Origin: Polyangiaceae bacterium
GTDB lineage: Bacteria; Myxococcota_A; Polyangia; Polyangiales; Polyangiaceae
Assembly (NCBI GenBank): GCA_035063585.1
Contig: JAPSGB010000013.1
Span: forward strand, 40,334-104,333
Length of the DNA stretch: 64,000 nucleotides
Direction of reading: 5' to 3'
Positions 20,427 through 29,854 of the stretch are shown here, piece by piece; positions within the stretch are counted from its first letter, which is position 1, and each line of letters starts with the position of its first letter. The notes beneath the pieces are model-generated. The model was not told where the DNA came from and did no database searches. It worked only from the letters and a program-made list of their open reading frames with translations. The translations under genes were made by a program, and so were the position numbers.

Positions 20427-23156
20427 TCAACCTGCGCCCGCCGGCGACCGCAGCGCAGCCTGCGCCGCGGCGAGCCGAGCGATCGGCGCCCGGAAGGGCG
20501 AGCAAGAGACGTAGGCGAGCCCAGCGCGGTGGAAGAAGTCGATCGAGGCCGGATCGCCGCCGTGCTCCCCGCAAATCCCGAGCGAGATGTCGGGGCGGGT
20601 GGCCCGCCCCTTCTCGACCGCCATTCGCACCAGCGCTCCGACGCCCTCCTGATCGAGCGACACGAACGGGTCGCGGGGCAAGATGCCCCGCCTCACGTAC
20701 TCGGGCAAGAACTTCCCCGCGTCGTCGCGCGACAGCCCCAGCGCGGTCTGCGTGAGGTCATTGGTGCCGAACGAGAAGAACTCGGCGGTCCGCGCGAGGT
20801 CGTCGGCGAGCACCGCCGCGCGCGGCAGCTCGATCATGGTCCCGAACTCGTACGCGACGCGAATCCCCGCTTGGCTGAACACCTGCTCGGCGACCTGCTC
20901 GGTGATGGTCTTCATGAGGTCGAGCTCGGGCCTGCCGAAGGCGAGCGGGATCATGAGCTCCGGGTGGACCTCGACGCCCTCCTTCGCGACCGTGCAGGCG
21001 GCGGTCAGGATCGCGCGCACCTGCATCGCGCTGATCTCGGGGAAGGTCACGCCGAGCCGACAGCCCCGATGCCCGAGCATCGGGTTGACCTCGTGCAGAC
21101 GCTCGACCTGGCGAGCGACCGCCTCGACCTCGACCCCGAGCGACCTCGCGACTCCCGCCATCTGCTCGGGGAGCGCCGGGAGGAACTCGTGGAGCGGTGG
21201 ATCGAGCAGGCGGATGGTCACCGGGAGGCCGCCCATGGCGCGGAAGATCTCGACGAAGTCTCCCGTCTGGAAAGGCAAGAGCTTCGCGAGCGCTGCCTCG
21301 CGCGCCTCGAGATCGCCGGCGAGGATCATCTCGCGCACCGCCTCGATGCGCTCCTCGTCGAAGAACATGTGCTCGGTGCGGCAAAGCCCGATCCCCTCGG
21401 CGCCGAGGCTCCGCGCCTGCTTCGCGTCGTGCGGGGTATCGGCGTTGGCGCGGACGCGGAGGCGCCGCTTCGCGTCCGCCCAGCCGAGGAGCTCGGCGAA
21501 CTCCCCGCCCAGCTCCGGCTCGGTCTTCGCGACGTCGCCGAGATAGACGGCGCCCGACGAGCCGTCAATGGTGATGAGGTCCGTCGGGTTGACGATGAGC
21601 GCGGCCCCGGCCTCGTCCGAGTCGCGGATGGTCAGGATGCCGAGCTCGCGATCTATCGAGATCGCGGAACAACCCACCACGCAGGCGCGCCCCATGCCGC
21701 GCGCCACCACGGCCGCGTGGCTCGTCGCGCCACCGCGCGCGGTGAGGATGCCGCGCGCCGCCTTCATCCCGTGGAGATCCTCGGGTGACGTCTCGATCCG
21801 CACCAAGATGACCGGCTCGCCCGCCTCGGCGCGCCGCTCGGCGTCATCGGCGCTGAACGACACGTAGCCCGTGACCGCTCCCGGGGACGCCGGCAGCCCG
21901 CGGGTCGCCGGCACGACCCCAGCCTTCGGGTCAATCGACGGGAAGAGGAGCTCCTCGACGCGGTCGGCGCTCACCCGCAAGAGCGCCTCGTCCCGAGTGA
22001 TGAGCCCCTCGCGCACCATCTCGACCGCGATCCGGACCTCGGCGCGTGCCGAGCGCTTCCCGTTACGCGTCTGCAACAAGAAGAGCTGGCCGTCCTCGAC
22101 GGTGAACTCGAGGTCCTGCATGTCGCGGAAGTGGCGCTCGAGCTTCTGCTGCGTCTCGTAGAGCTGTCGATAGATGGCCGGATTTGCCTCCTCGAGCGAA
22201 GACCCCGTGTCTCCGGTCGCCTTCGCGAGGTGCTGGGGCGTACGGAGCCCTGCCACCACGTCCTCGCCCTGGGCGTTCGGCAGCCACTCGCCGAAGAAGC
22301 GCCGCTCGCCCGTGCTGGGATCGCGCGTGAAGGCGACGCCGGTGGCGCTGGTGTCCCCCAGGTTGCCGAACACCATCGCCTGTACGTTCACGGCCGTGCC
22401 CCACTCATCCGGGATGCCGTTCATTCGACGGTAGAAGCTCGCGCGGGGGTTGCGCCAGCTCTCGAACACCGCGGCGATCGCGCCCATGAGCTGCTCGATG
22501 GGTCGGCTCGGGAAGCCTCCGGCGTGCTCCACGAGGATCGCCTTGAAGTCCGTCACCACCTGCTCGAGCTCCTCGGCGCGCAGCATCGAGTCCGGGATCG
22601 CCTTGACGAGCAAGTCGACGTCGACCGGCGCGGGGATACCGAGCGCGGCCCCCGCGCGGCGGCGCGCCTCGTTCATGGGGCCGTCGAACCGGGTCCGCTC
22701 CACGCCAAGCACGACGTCGCCGTACATGGTGAGGAAGCGCCGGTAGGCGTCGAGCGCGAAGCGTGGATTCTTGGTTTGCTCGCGAAGCGCCGCGACGGTC
22801 TCGTCGTTCAACCCGAGGTTCAGGATGGTGTCCATCATCCCCGGCATGCTCGACCGCGCCCCGGAGCGGACGCTGACGAGGAGCGGCTGGCTCGCCCCGC
22901 CGAAGCGCTTGCCGGTCTGCGCCTCGAGCCACGCGAGGTTCTCTTCCACCGCGCTCCGCAGCCCGCTCGGCAGCTTGCCGCCTGCGCGGAAGTACTCGAC
23001 GCACAGCTCGGTGGTGATGGTGAACCCGGGAGGCACCGGCACGCCGAGGTTGGCCATCTCCGCGAGATTCGCGCCCTTCCCCCCGAGCAACGCCTTCTGC
23101 CCGGCGTCGCCGTCGGCGCTTCCGGGAGCAAACCGGTAAATGAGCTTGGCAGTCAT
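20427..23156 (-). CDS. ppdK: pyruvate, phosphate dikinase
   Basis: LGGKGANLAEM, SVRSGARSSMPGMMDT, GGATSHAAVVARG (catalytic His), GTNDLTQ, GICGEHGG. Confidence 0.98.
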   Translation of the reverse strand: MTAKLIYRFAPGSADGDAGQKALLGGKGANLAEMANLGVPVPPGFTITTELCVEYFRAGGKLPSGLRSAVEENLAWLEAQTGKRFGGASQPLLVSVRSGARSSMPGMMDTILNLGLNDETVAALREQTKNPRFALDAYRRFLTMYGDVVLGVERTRFDGPMNEARRRAGAALGIPAPVDVDLLVKAIPDSMLRAEELEQVVTDFKAILVEHAGGFPSRPIEQLMGAIAAVFESWRNPRASFYRRMNGIPDEWGTAVNVQAMVFGNLGDTSATGVAFTRDPSTGERRFFGEWLPNAQGEDVVAGLRTPQHLAKATGDTGSSLEEANPAIYRQLYETQQKLERHFRDMQDLEFTVEDGQLFLLQTRNGKRSARAEVRIAVEMVREGLITRDEALLRVSADRVEELLFPSIDPKAGVVPATRGLPASPGAVTGYVSFSADDAERRAEAGEPVILVRIETSPEDLHGMKAARGILTARGGATSHAAVVARGMGRACVVGCSAISIDRELGILTIRDSDEAGAALIVNPTDLITIDGSSGAVYLGDVAKTEPELGGEFAELLGWADAKRRLRVRANADTPHDAKQARSLGAEGIGLCRTEHMFFDEERIEAVREMILAGDLEAREAALAKLLPFQTGDFVEIFRAMGGLPVTIRLLDPPLHEFLPALPEQMAGVARSLGVEVEAVARQVERLHEVNPMLGHRGCRLGVTFPEISAMQVRAILTAACTVAKEGVEVHPELMIPLAFGRPELDLMKTITEQVAEQVFSQAGIRVAYEFGTMIELPRAAVLADDLARTAEFFSFGTNDLTQTALGLSRDDAGKFLPEYVRRGILPRDPFVSLDQEGVGALVRMAVEKGRATRPDISLGICGEHGGDPASIDFFHRAGLAYVSCSPFRAPIARLAAAQAALRSPAGAG

Positions 23157-23159
23157 GGC

Positions 23160-25244
23160 TCACCTCTCTCTCGCGAGCAGGTTGAAGGCGGCGATCCCCG
23201 AGCAGGCCTGCTCGATGCGTCGCATCAGCCGCAGGCGATTGTCTCGCAGCTCCTGCTCCTCCGCCATCACGAATACGTCCTCGAAAAATTTGCCGAGAGC
23301 GGGCGCAAAGCTTGCGATCTCGCCGATGGCGCGATCATAAGCGCGCTCTCGTCGAGCCGCTTCGAGCGTGCGCTCGAGCGACGTGAGCGCGTCGAACAGC
23401 CGCTGCTCCGAGGGGTGCACCTCCCCGTGGACCTCCGCGGGCGGTCTCGGATCGCCGGGAGGCGCATCTCTCGCGATGTTGGCGGCCCGCTTGAACACCT
23501 CGCCGGCCGTCGCGCGCAGCTCGGCATCGATCGCGCCGAGCGCGCGCGCCCTGAGCGCCACGTCGGTCGGATCGTCGGCCCCCGCGGCGAGGCAGGCCTC
23601 GACGGCGTCGGAAGGGAAGGTCGCCACGAGCAGGCCGCGCAGGCGGTCGCGAAGGAAGGTCGCGAGCCGCTCGGCGGTAGCGTCCGCGTCGTGGTCGAGC
23701 GTGAGCCCGGCGAGGCCCGCGTGCGCGGCGCGCACCGCCGCCGCGAGCCCCAAGTGCCACCCCTTGTCGAGCAGCGTCCGCAGCACACCGAGGGCGGCGC
23801 GCCGGAGCGCGAGCGGATCGGCGGCCCCGGTCGGCTGGATCCCGACGGCGAAGCAGCCGGTCAGGGTGTCGAGCCGATCCGCGATGGCTACCAGCGCGCC
23901 CGCGTCGCTCGGCGCGGTGACGTCGTCGGCGCCGCGCGGTTGGTAGTGCTCCGCGATGACGTCGGCGACCGCGCCATCGACGCCCTGAGCGCGCGCGTAG
24001 GCGCGCCCCATCTCGCCCTGGAGCTCCGGCAGCTCACCCACCATCAGGGTCACGAGGTCGCACTTGGCGAGCGCGGCCCCCTGCTCGGCGGCTCGTACCG
24101 TCGCGGGCGCGAGCGACAAGCTCGCGCCATAGATGCCGACCAACCGCTCGACGCGCCTCACCTTGTCGCCGACGCTCCCGAGCCGCTTATGGAACATGAC
24201 GCCGTCGAGGGCGGAGCGCCGCTCGCCGAGCGGCCTCGCGAGATCTTCGTCGTAGAAGAATTTCGCGTCTGCCAGCCGCGCGCGCATCACGCGGTCGTTG
24301 CCGCGCCGCACGTTGTCCGGGCGCTCAGCGGTGTTCACCACCGCCAGGTACTTCGGCAAGAGCCGCCCGTCGGAGCCGCGCACGCCAAAATAACGCTGGT
24401 GGCCCTTGGCCACGTCGAGGATCACTCGCTCGGGGAGCGCGAGGAAGGCCGGATCGAACCCGCCCACCACCACCTGCGGCTCCTCCACCAGCGAGGCGTT
24501 CTCGCCCATCAAGAACTCGTCCTCGATGAGCGCGCCGCCCGCCTCGGCGGCGGCTGCGCGCAACCGCTCGAGCATGACACGCTCGCGCTCCGCCATATCG
24601 ACCAGCACGCGCGCGCCGCGCAGCGTGTCGACGTAGCCTTTCGCGCTCGACACCGTGAGCTCACCGGGCGCGAGGAAGCGGTGCCCGCGTGACGTGACGC
24701 CGCTCCGCACACCGGCGAACGAGAGCTCGAGCGGAGTCGCACCGAAGAGCGCGACCAGCCAGCGCACGGGCCTACCGAACGCGACGTCACCGTCCGACCA
24801 GCGCATCGACTTGCGAAATGGGATCTCGGAGATGACCGCCTCGAGCGCGGCGGGCAGCAGCAGGGTGGCGGGCTGCCCCTGCTCACGTCGCCGCGCGGCG
24901 GCGTACTCGCCCTTGTCGGTCTCGACGCGAGTGAGCGCGCTCGGCTCGCAGCCGCTCCGGCTGGCGAACGCGAGCGCCGCCTTGGTGGGATTCCCCTCCG
25001 CGTCGAACGCGATGCGCGCCGGCGGGCCGAGCACCTGCTCGTCGAGATCGGCCTGCGCCTCTGCCACACCCTCCGCGAGCAGGGCGAGCCGGCGAGGGGT
25101 GCCCGTCGCGCTCACGACGCCGTGCCCGAGGCGCCGCTCCGCGAGTCTCCGGGTGAGGAGCGCCGGCAGCGCCTCGACCGCGGCGGCCACGAACGAGGCG
25201 GGGAGTTCTTCGACGCCGATTTCGAGCAGGAGGTCCTGAGCCAT
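23160..25244 (-). CDS. glyS: glycine--tRNA ligase beta subunit
   Basis: LLLEIGVEELP, TPRRL, MRW, RARLADAKFFY, EHYQPR, ADPLALRR, NRL (DALR). Confidence 0.97.
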   Translation of the reverse strand: MAQDLLLEIGVEELPASFVAAAVEALPALLTRRLAERRLGHGVVSATGTPRRLALLAEGVAEAQADLDEQVLGPPARIAFDAEGNPTKAALAFASRSGCEPSALTRVETDKGEYAAARRREQGQPATLLLPAALEAVISEIPFRKSMRWSDGDVAFGRPVRWLVALFGATPLELSFAGVRSGVTSRGHRFLAPGELTVSSAKGYVDTLRGARVLVDMAERERVMLERLRAAAAEAGGALIEDEFLMGENASLVEEPQVVVGGFDPAFLALPERVILDVAKGHQRYFGVRGSDGRLLPKYLAVVNTAERPDNVRRGNDRVMRARLADAKFFYDEDLARPLGERRSALDGVMFHKRLGSVGDKVRRVERLVGIYGASLSLAPATVRAAEQGAALAKCDLVTLMVGELPELQGEMGRAYARAQGVDGAVADVIAEHYQPRGADDVTAPSDAGALVAIADRLDTLTGCFAVGIQPTGAADPLALRRAALGVLRTLLDKGWHLGLAAAVRAAHAGLAGLTLDHDADATAERLATFLRDRLRGLLVATFPSDAVEACLAAGADDPTDVALRARALGAIDAELRATAGEVFKRAANIARDAPPGDPRPPAEVHGEVHPSEQRLFDALTSLERTLEAARRERAYDRAIGEIASFAPALGKFFEDVFVMAEEQELRDNRLRLMRRIEQACSGIAAFNLLARER

Positions 25245-25399
25245 GGGCCGCAGAAGCTAAATCAGCGCGATGCGGCCCGCCATCCCGAATGGGCGTCGGG
25301 CGCCAGCGTCGAGCCGCGCCCTGGGGGCGACCGGGCAAATCGGCCGAGAGCGGTTCGATCTGCCGAAGCGCTCACCCTTGTGCCATCCTCTCGGCCGAG

Positions 25400-27166
25400 A
25401 TGGGTATCAAGGAACGCGCGCGGCTCGGGCTCCAGACGGCACGGTCGGTGGCCCTAGTGTTCTCCGACGGCGACCGCTTCCTCCCATTTGGCCGCTGGAC
25501 GGGGGCGCGACTCCTCGAGCGGAACGCCGACACGCGACCCTTCGGGGCCGCGTTGCTCTTCGAGGGAGAGCGCTACGGCTGGCGCGACGTCGACGAGCGC
25601 GCGAACCAGTGGGCGGCCTTCTTCGCGTCGGAGGGCATCGCCGGCGGCGACGTGGTCGCGCTCTTGATGGATAACCGCCCCGACTTCGTGTTCGCGATGA
25701 TGGGCATAAATAAGCTCGGCGCCATCTCCGCGTTCATCAACACCAACCTCGCCGGCAAGCCGCTCGCGCACGCGGTGAACATCGCCGGAGCACGCGTCGT
25801 CGTGGTCGGCTCGGAGCACCTCGGCGCGTTCGCCCCCATCGAAGACGCGCTCACGACGTCGCCCCGTGTGCTCGTGCACCACGACGGCGAGCACGACGCC
25901 CCCGGGCGTCGAGTGGTAAATGACGAGGTCAGGAAATGCGCGTGGTATCGGGTGGAGCGCGGCCGCCCACGGACGTCCGATCCCATGTGCTACATCTTTA
26001 CGTCGGGCACGACCGGGTTACCGAAGCCCGCCGTGATCACCAACCAGCGCTATCAGATGGCGATGACGGTGTTCTCCCGGGTCGCGCACGAGGCGACCCC
26101 GGACGACGTCATCTACGTCGCGCTGCCCCTCTACCACGCGAACGCCCAGTGGGCGGGCTGGGGGGCGTGCTTGCATAGCGGCGCGACCTTGGCGCTCCGG
26201 CGTCGCTTCAGCGCCACGCAGTTCTGGGATGACGTAAACCGCTTCGGCGCCACCCGCTTCGTCTACATCGGCGAGCTCTGCCGCTACCTCCTGAACCAGC
26301 CGCCGCACCCGGGCGAGCGCACGCATCGCCTCGTGAGCGGGACGGGCAACGGGCTCCGCGCGGACGTCTGGAGCCGGTTCGTCGAGCGCTTCGGCGTGTC
26401 GCTCATCCGCGAGTTCTACGGCTCGACGGAGGGCAACGCCCCCATCTTCAACCTCGACGGTCGGCCGGGCATGGTCGGCGTGAAGCGCTTCGGTCAGGCG
26501 GTCATTCGCAGCAACCCCACGACGGGAGAACCGATCCGTGACGCTCGTGGTCGTTGCGTCGAGGTGGAGGCGGGCGAGACTGGGCTCTTCATCGGGCGCA
26601 TCAACGCGGTGACCCGCTTCGACGGCTACGTGGATGCTCGCGAGACCCAGAAGAAGGTGCTCACGGACGTCTTCAAGGCCGGAGACACCTGGTTCAACAC
26701 CGGCGACCTCATGACCCTCCACGAGGACGGCTGGCTCAGCTTCGCCGACCGAGTCGGCGACACCTTCAGGTGGCGAGGAGAGAACGTCTCTACCAGCGAG
26801 GTGGCGGAGGTGCTGAACGGCGCGCCCGGCGTGCTCGAGAGCAACGTGTACGGCGTGCTGGTGCCCGGCCAAGAGGGCCGGGTCGGGATGGCGAGCGTCA
26901 TCACGAGCGGCGACCTCGATCTCGAAGCCTTCGCCGGGTTCGTCGCGGGTGCGCTCCCTACCTATCAGCGCCCGGCCTTCCTCCGCTTGACGAGCCAAAT
27001 GAAGACTACGGGGACCTTCAAGCACGTGAAGGGCGACTACCGCGAAGAGGGCTACGACCCAGCCAAGGTCGCCGACCCGCTCTATTATCTCGACGGGGAT
27101 CGCTACGTCCCCATCGACGCCTCGCTCTACGCTCGCCTCGCGTCGGGGGACATCGGCCCTCGCTGA
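25400..27166 (+). CDS. long-chain acyl-CoA synthetase (FATP/FACL family)
   Basis: YIFTSGTTGLPK, YIGELCRYL, EFYGSTEG, FNTGDL, DRVGDTFRWRGENVST. Confidence 0.93.
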   Translation: MGIKERARLGLQTARSVALVFSDGDRFLPFGRWTGARLLERNADTRPFGAALLFEGERYGWRDVDERANQWAAFFASEGIAGGDVVALLMDNRPDFVFAMMGINKLGAISAFINTNLAGKPLAHAVNIAGARVVVVGSEHLGAFAPIEDALTTSPRVLVHHDGEHDAPGRRVVNDEVRKCAWYRVERGRPRTSDPMCYIFTSGTTGLPKPAVITNQRYQMAMTVFSRVAHEATPDDVIYVALPLYHANAQWAGWGACLHSGATLALRRRFSATQFWDDVNRFGATRFVYIGELCRYLLNQPPHPGERTHRLVSGTGNGLRADVWSRFVERFGVSLIREFYGSTEGNAPIFNLDGRPGMVGVKRFGQAVIRSNPTTGEPIRDARGRCVEVEAGETGLFIGRINAVTRFDGYVDARETQKKVLTDVFKAGDTWFNTGDLMTLHEDGWLSFADRVGDTFRWRGENVSTSEVAEVLNGAPGVLESNVYGVLVPGQEGRVGMASVITSGDLDLEAFAGFVAGALPTYQRPAFLRLTSQMKTTGTFKHVKGDYREEGYDPAKVADPLYYLDGDRYVPIDASLYARLASGDIGPR

Positions 27167-27217
27167 GGCTCCCCTCCCCTGGCGCGTCGAGGGTGCGGGA
27201 GTTACGTTGCTTGGTCG

Positions 27218-28069
27218 ATGCTCTCCGAGACAGACACGGTCGTCCGCGCGATGACCGATGACGGCGCGTTTCGCGTCATCACGGCCCACACGAGCCGGAC
27301 GGCCCGCGGTGCCATCGAGTCGCAGCACGGCCGCGAACCGACCGCGCGGCACTTCGCCGATTTGCTCACCGCATCCGTGCTCTTCCGCGAGACGATGGCG
27401 CCCAGCCTCCGCGTCCAGGGCATCGTCAAGCACGCCGGCAGCAGCCTGGTCGCCGACTCGCACCCCTCGGGCATGACGCGCGGGCTCATCCAACTCGCCC
27501 AGGGCGAGGACCGCTTCGAGCTGGGCGACGCCACCGTGCTCCAGCTCATGCGGACCATGCCGAGCGGCCGCATCAACCAAGGGTTCGTGCAAGTCGGCGC
27601 CGAGGGCGGCATCTCGCACGCCTTCATGGAATACATGCAGGTCTCGGAGCAAGTCGACACCATGCTCGCGGTCGATAGCGTCTTCGAAGACGGCACCCTC
27701 GTCCGCGCGGGAGGATACCTGGTGCAGCTCCTGCCGGAGGTCGGCCGCGGCCCGCTCATGGTCATGACCGAGCGCCTGCGCGAGTTCGAGAACATCACCA
27801 CGCAGCTCCGCGACGCGAGCTTCTCCCCGGACTGGCTCCTCGAGCAGCTCCTCTACGGCATGCCCTTCACGCGCCTCGAGGAGAGCGCCATCGGCTTCGA
27901 CTGCTGGTGCGACGAGCTCCGGGTGATGAGCGCACTCGCCTCGCTCGGACGCGCGACGCTCGAGGAGCTCATCTCCGACGGCGAGCTCTTACAGATGAGC
28001 TGCGACTACTGCGGCACCGAGTATCGAATCCCGCCGGGCAAGCTCCGCGGGCTCCTCGCGCCGAGCTGA
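27218..28069 (+). CDS. hslO: Hsp33 redox-regulated chaperone
   Basis: YMQVSEQV, AGGYLVQLLP, CxC...CxxC zinc site (DCWC...SCDYCG). Confidence 0.92.
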   Translation: MLSETDTVVRAMTDDGAFRVITAHTSRTARGAIESQHGREPTARHFADLLTASVLFRETMAPSLRVQGIVKHAGSSLVADSHPSGMTRGLIQLAQGEDRFELGDATVLQLMRTMPSGRINQGFVQVGAEGGISHAFMEYMQVSEQVDTMLAVDSVFEDGTLVRAGGYLVQLLPEVGRGPLMVMTERLREFENITTQLRDASFSPDWLLEQLLYGMPFTRLEESAIGFDCWCDELRVMSALASLGRATLEELISDGELLQMSCDYCGTEYRIPPGKLRGLLAPS

Positions 28070-28076
28070 GCCGCCG

Positions 28077-29804
28077 GTGCCGAGGCCCAGCGGTTCGCTC
28101 GCGCTCGCCGCGCTCCTCGCGAGCGCGAGCGCCTGCACGCCGCCGGCTCCCGCGACGCGCCGACCGGCTCGAGCGCTCGAGCCCGCCGAGGCCGCGCCGA
28201 GGCCGGTCGTCCTCACCATCGTCGGCACCAACGATTTTCACGGCCGCCTCAGGCGCGCTCCGCTGCTCGGCGGCTACCTCAGGGCCCTCCGCGCGGAGCG
28301 CGCGCGCGACGGCGCCGTCCTCCTGGTCGACGCCGGAGATCTCCTGCAAGGCACCCTAGCCTCGAACCTGAGCGAGGGCGCGAGCGTCATCGCCGCCTTC
28401 GACGCGCTCGGCTACCAGGCCGTCGCGCTCGGCAACCACGACTTCGACTTCGGCCCGCTCGGGCCGCCGCCGTCCGCGCCGGGCGCCGCTCCGAGGAGCG
28501 CGCTCGCCGCGCGCATCGCCGAGGCCAAGTTCCCCTTCCTCGCCGCGAACCTCACTGGCGCGCCACCCGGGGTCCAGGCCTCCTGCCTGGTCGTCGCGGC
28601 CGGCGTCCGGGTCGGCCTCACCGGCGGGCTCACCCGCGACACGCCGAGCATCGTCCAGCCCGAGTACTTCGCCGGGCTCGAGGTCACGCCGCTCGCGGCC
28701 GCGATCGAGCGCGAGGGGCGGATGCTCCGCGCCGTCGGCGCGGAGCTGGTCGTCGCGCTCGCGCACGCCGGAGGTGAGTGCGCGCGCGTCGATGACCCTC
28801 GCGATCTCTCGAGCTGCGCCGCGGACGCCGAGGTGTTCGAGCTCGCTCGGTCGCTACCGCCTGGGCTCGTCGACGTCATCGTGGCAGGTCACACCCATGC
28901 GGACGTCGCCCACTTCGTCAGCGGTATCGCGATCGTAGAGAGCGGCTCCTACGCGCGCGCCTTCTCGCGGGTCGATCTGACGCTCACCGGAGGTCGGCTC
29001 GAAGACGTCCGGATCTTCCCGCCGCAGCAGCTCTGCCCGGACCCGGAGGCGCCGACCTGCGACGCCCCGAGCTACCACGGCGTCACCATCACGCCCGATC
29101 CCGCGGTCGCGCGGAGCATCGCCCCGGCGCTCGCCGCCCAGGAGGCGCGCCGCGCCGAGCCCGTCGGCGCGCGGGCGCTCGCTCCGGTCACCGGCGATCG
29201 CCGGCGAGAGAGCGCGCTCGGCAACCTGTTCGCAGATCTGGTGCGTGCCGCCGCGCCCGGCGCGGACGCCGCCCTGATGAACGGCGGTGCGCTCCGCGCC
29301 TCGCTCCCGGCCGGCGAGCTCACCTACGGCGCATTCTACGACGCGATGCCCTTCGAGGACGTGCTCACCACCGTGCGACTCAGAGGCGCCACGCTTCGCG
29401 CGATCATCGCTCGGAACGTGACTGACGACGCCCACGGGATCCTCAGCCTGTCGGGAGTCCGCGCCAGCGCGCGCTGCGAGGGGCGCGAGCTACGCATCGA
29501 GCTCCGCCGCGCGAACGGCGCGCTGGTCAGGGACAGCGACGAGCTGGTGGTCGCGGTGAGCGACTACCTGGCGACCGGGGGCGACGCCCTCTTCACCGGG
29601 CTCGAGCCGCTCGAGATGACGAGGACCGACGAGCCGCTCCGCGAGGCGATGCTCCGCGTGCTCGCGGCGCACCGCCGCCCCGTCGCTCCGGGCGAGCTCC
29701 TCGACGCCGAGCGCCCGCGCCTCCGCCTCGCTGCGCCGCGTCCGCTGCGCTGTGCTGCGCCCCCGGGCGACGGTCCGCGCGATTCCGCGCCGGGCCGGCA
29801 ATAA
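28077..29804 (+). CDS. 5'-nucleotidase / bifunctional metallophosphoesterase lipoprotein
   Basis: Lipobox ASAC; NDFHG, VDAGD, GNHDFD, AGHTH; C-terminal ESALGNL, NGGALRA, DYLATGGD. Confidence 0.92.
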   Translation: MPRPSGSLALAALLASASACTPPAPATRRPARALEPAEAAPRPVVLTIVGTNDFHGRLRRAPLLGGYLRALRAERARDGAVLLVDAGDLLQGTLASNLSEGASVIAAFDALGYQAVALGNHDFDFGPLGPPPSAPGAAPRSALAARIAEAKFPFLAANLTGAPPGVQASCLVVAAGVRVGLTGGLTRDTPSIVQPEYFAGLEVTPLAAAIEREGRMLRAVGAELVVALAHAGGECARVDDPRDLSSCAADAEVFELARSLPPGLVDVIVAGHTHADVAHFVSGIAIVESGSYARAFSRVDLTLTGGRLEDVRIFPPQQLCPDPEAPTCDAPSYHGVTITPDPAVARSIAPALAAQEARRAEPVGARALAPVTGDRRRESALGNLFADLVRAAAPGADAALMNGGALRASLPAGELTYGAFYDAMPFEDVLTTVRLRGATLRAIIARNVTDDAHGILSLSGVRASARCEGRELRIELRRANGALVRDSDELVVAVSDYLATGGDALFTGLEPLEMTRTDEPLREAMLRVLAAHRRPVAPGELLDAERPRLRLAAPRPLRCAAPPGDGPRDSAPGRQ

Positions 29805-29854
29805 TAAACACTTTACTATACTATTCGAGAACGCTCGAGCGCCCTCCCGGCTCG

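Noticed and set aside
19313..20755. Plus-strand or alternative-frame readings of the 18-bp repeat, (AVAAVR)n, (SRGCRA)n, (TARTAA)n
   Set aside because: They overlap hemL/ppdK or lack coding-like flanks; only the (HGS)n frame has GC3-biased codons, a promoter and a stop directly after the repeat
22131..24692. Long overlapping ORFs such as the 853-aa plus-strand ORF (also 11037-12953, 32364-34061, 26018-27652 and similar)
   Set aside because: Antisense or frame-shadow ORFs expected in very GC-rich DNA opposite well-supported genes; Arg/Ala/Pro-rich with no motifs
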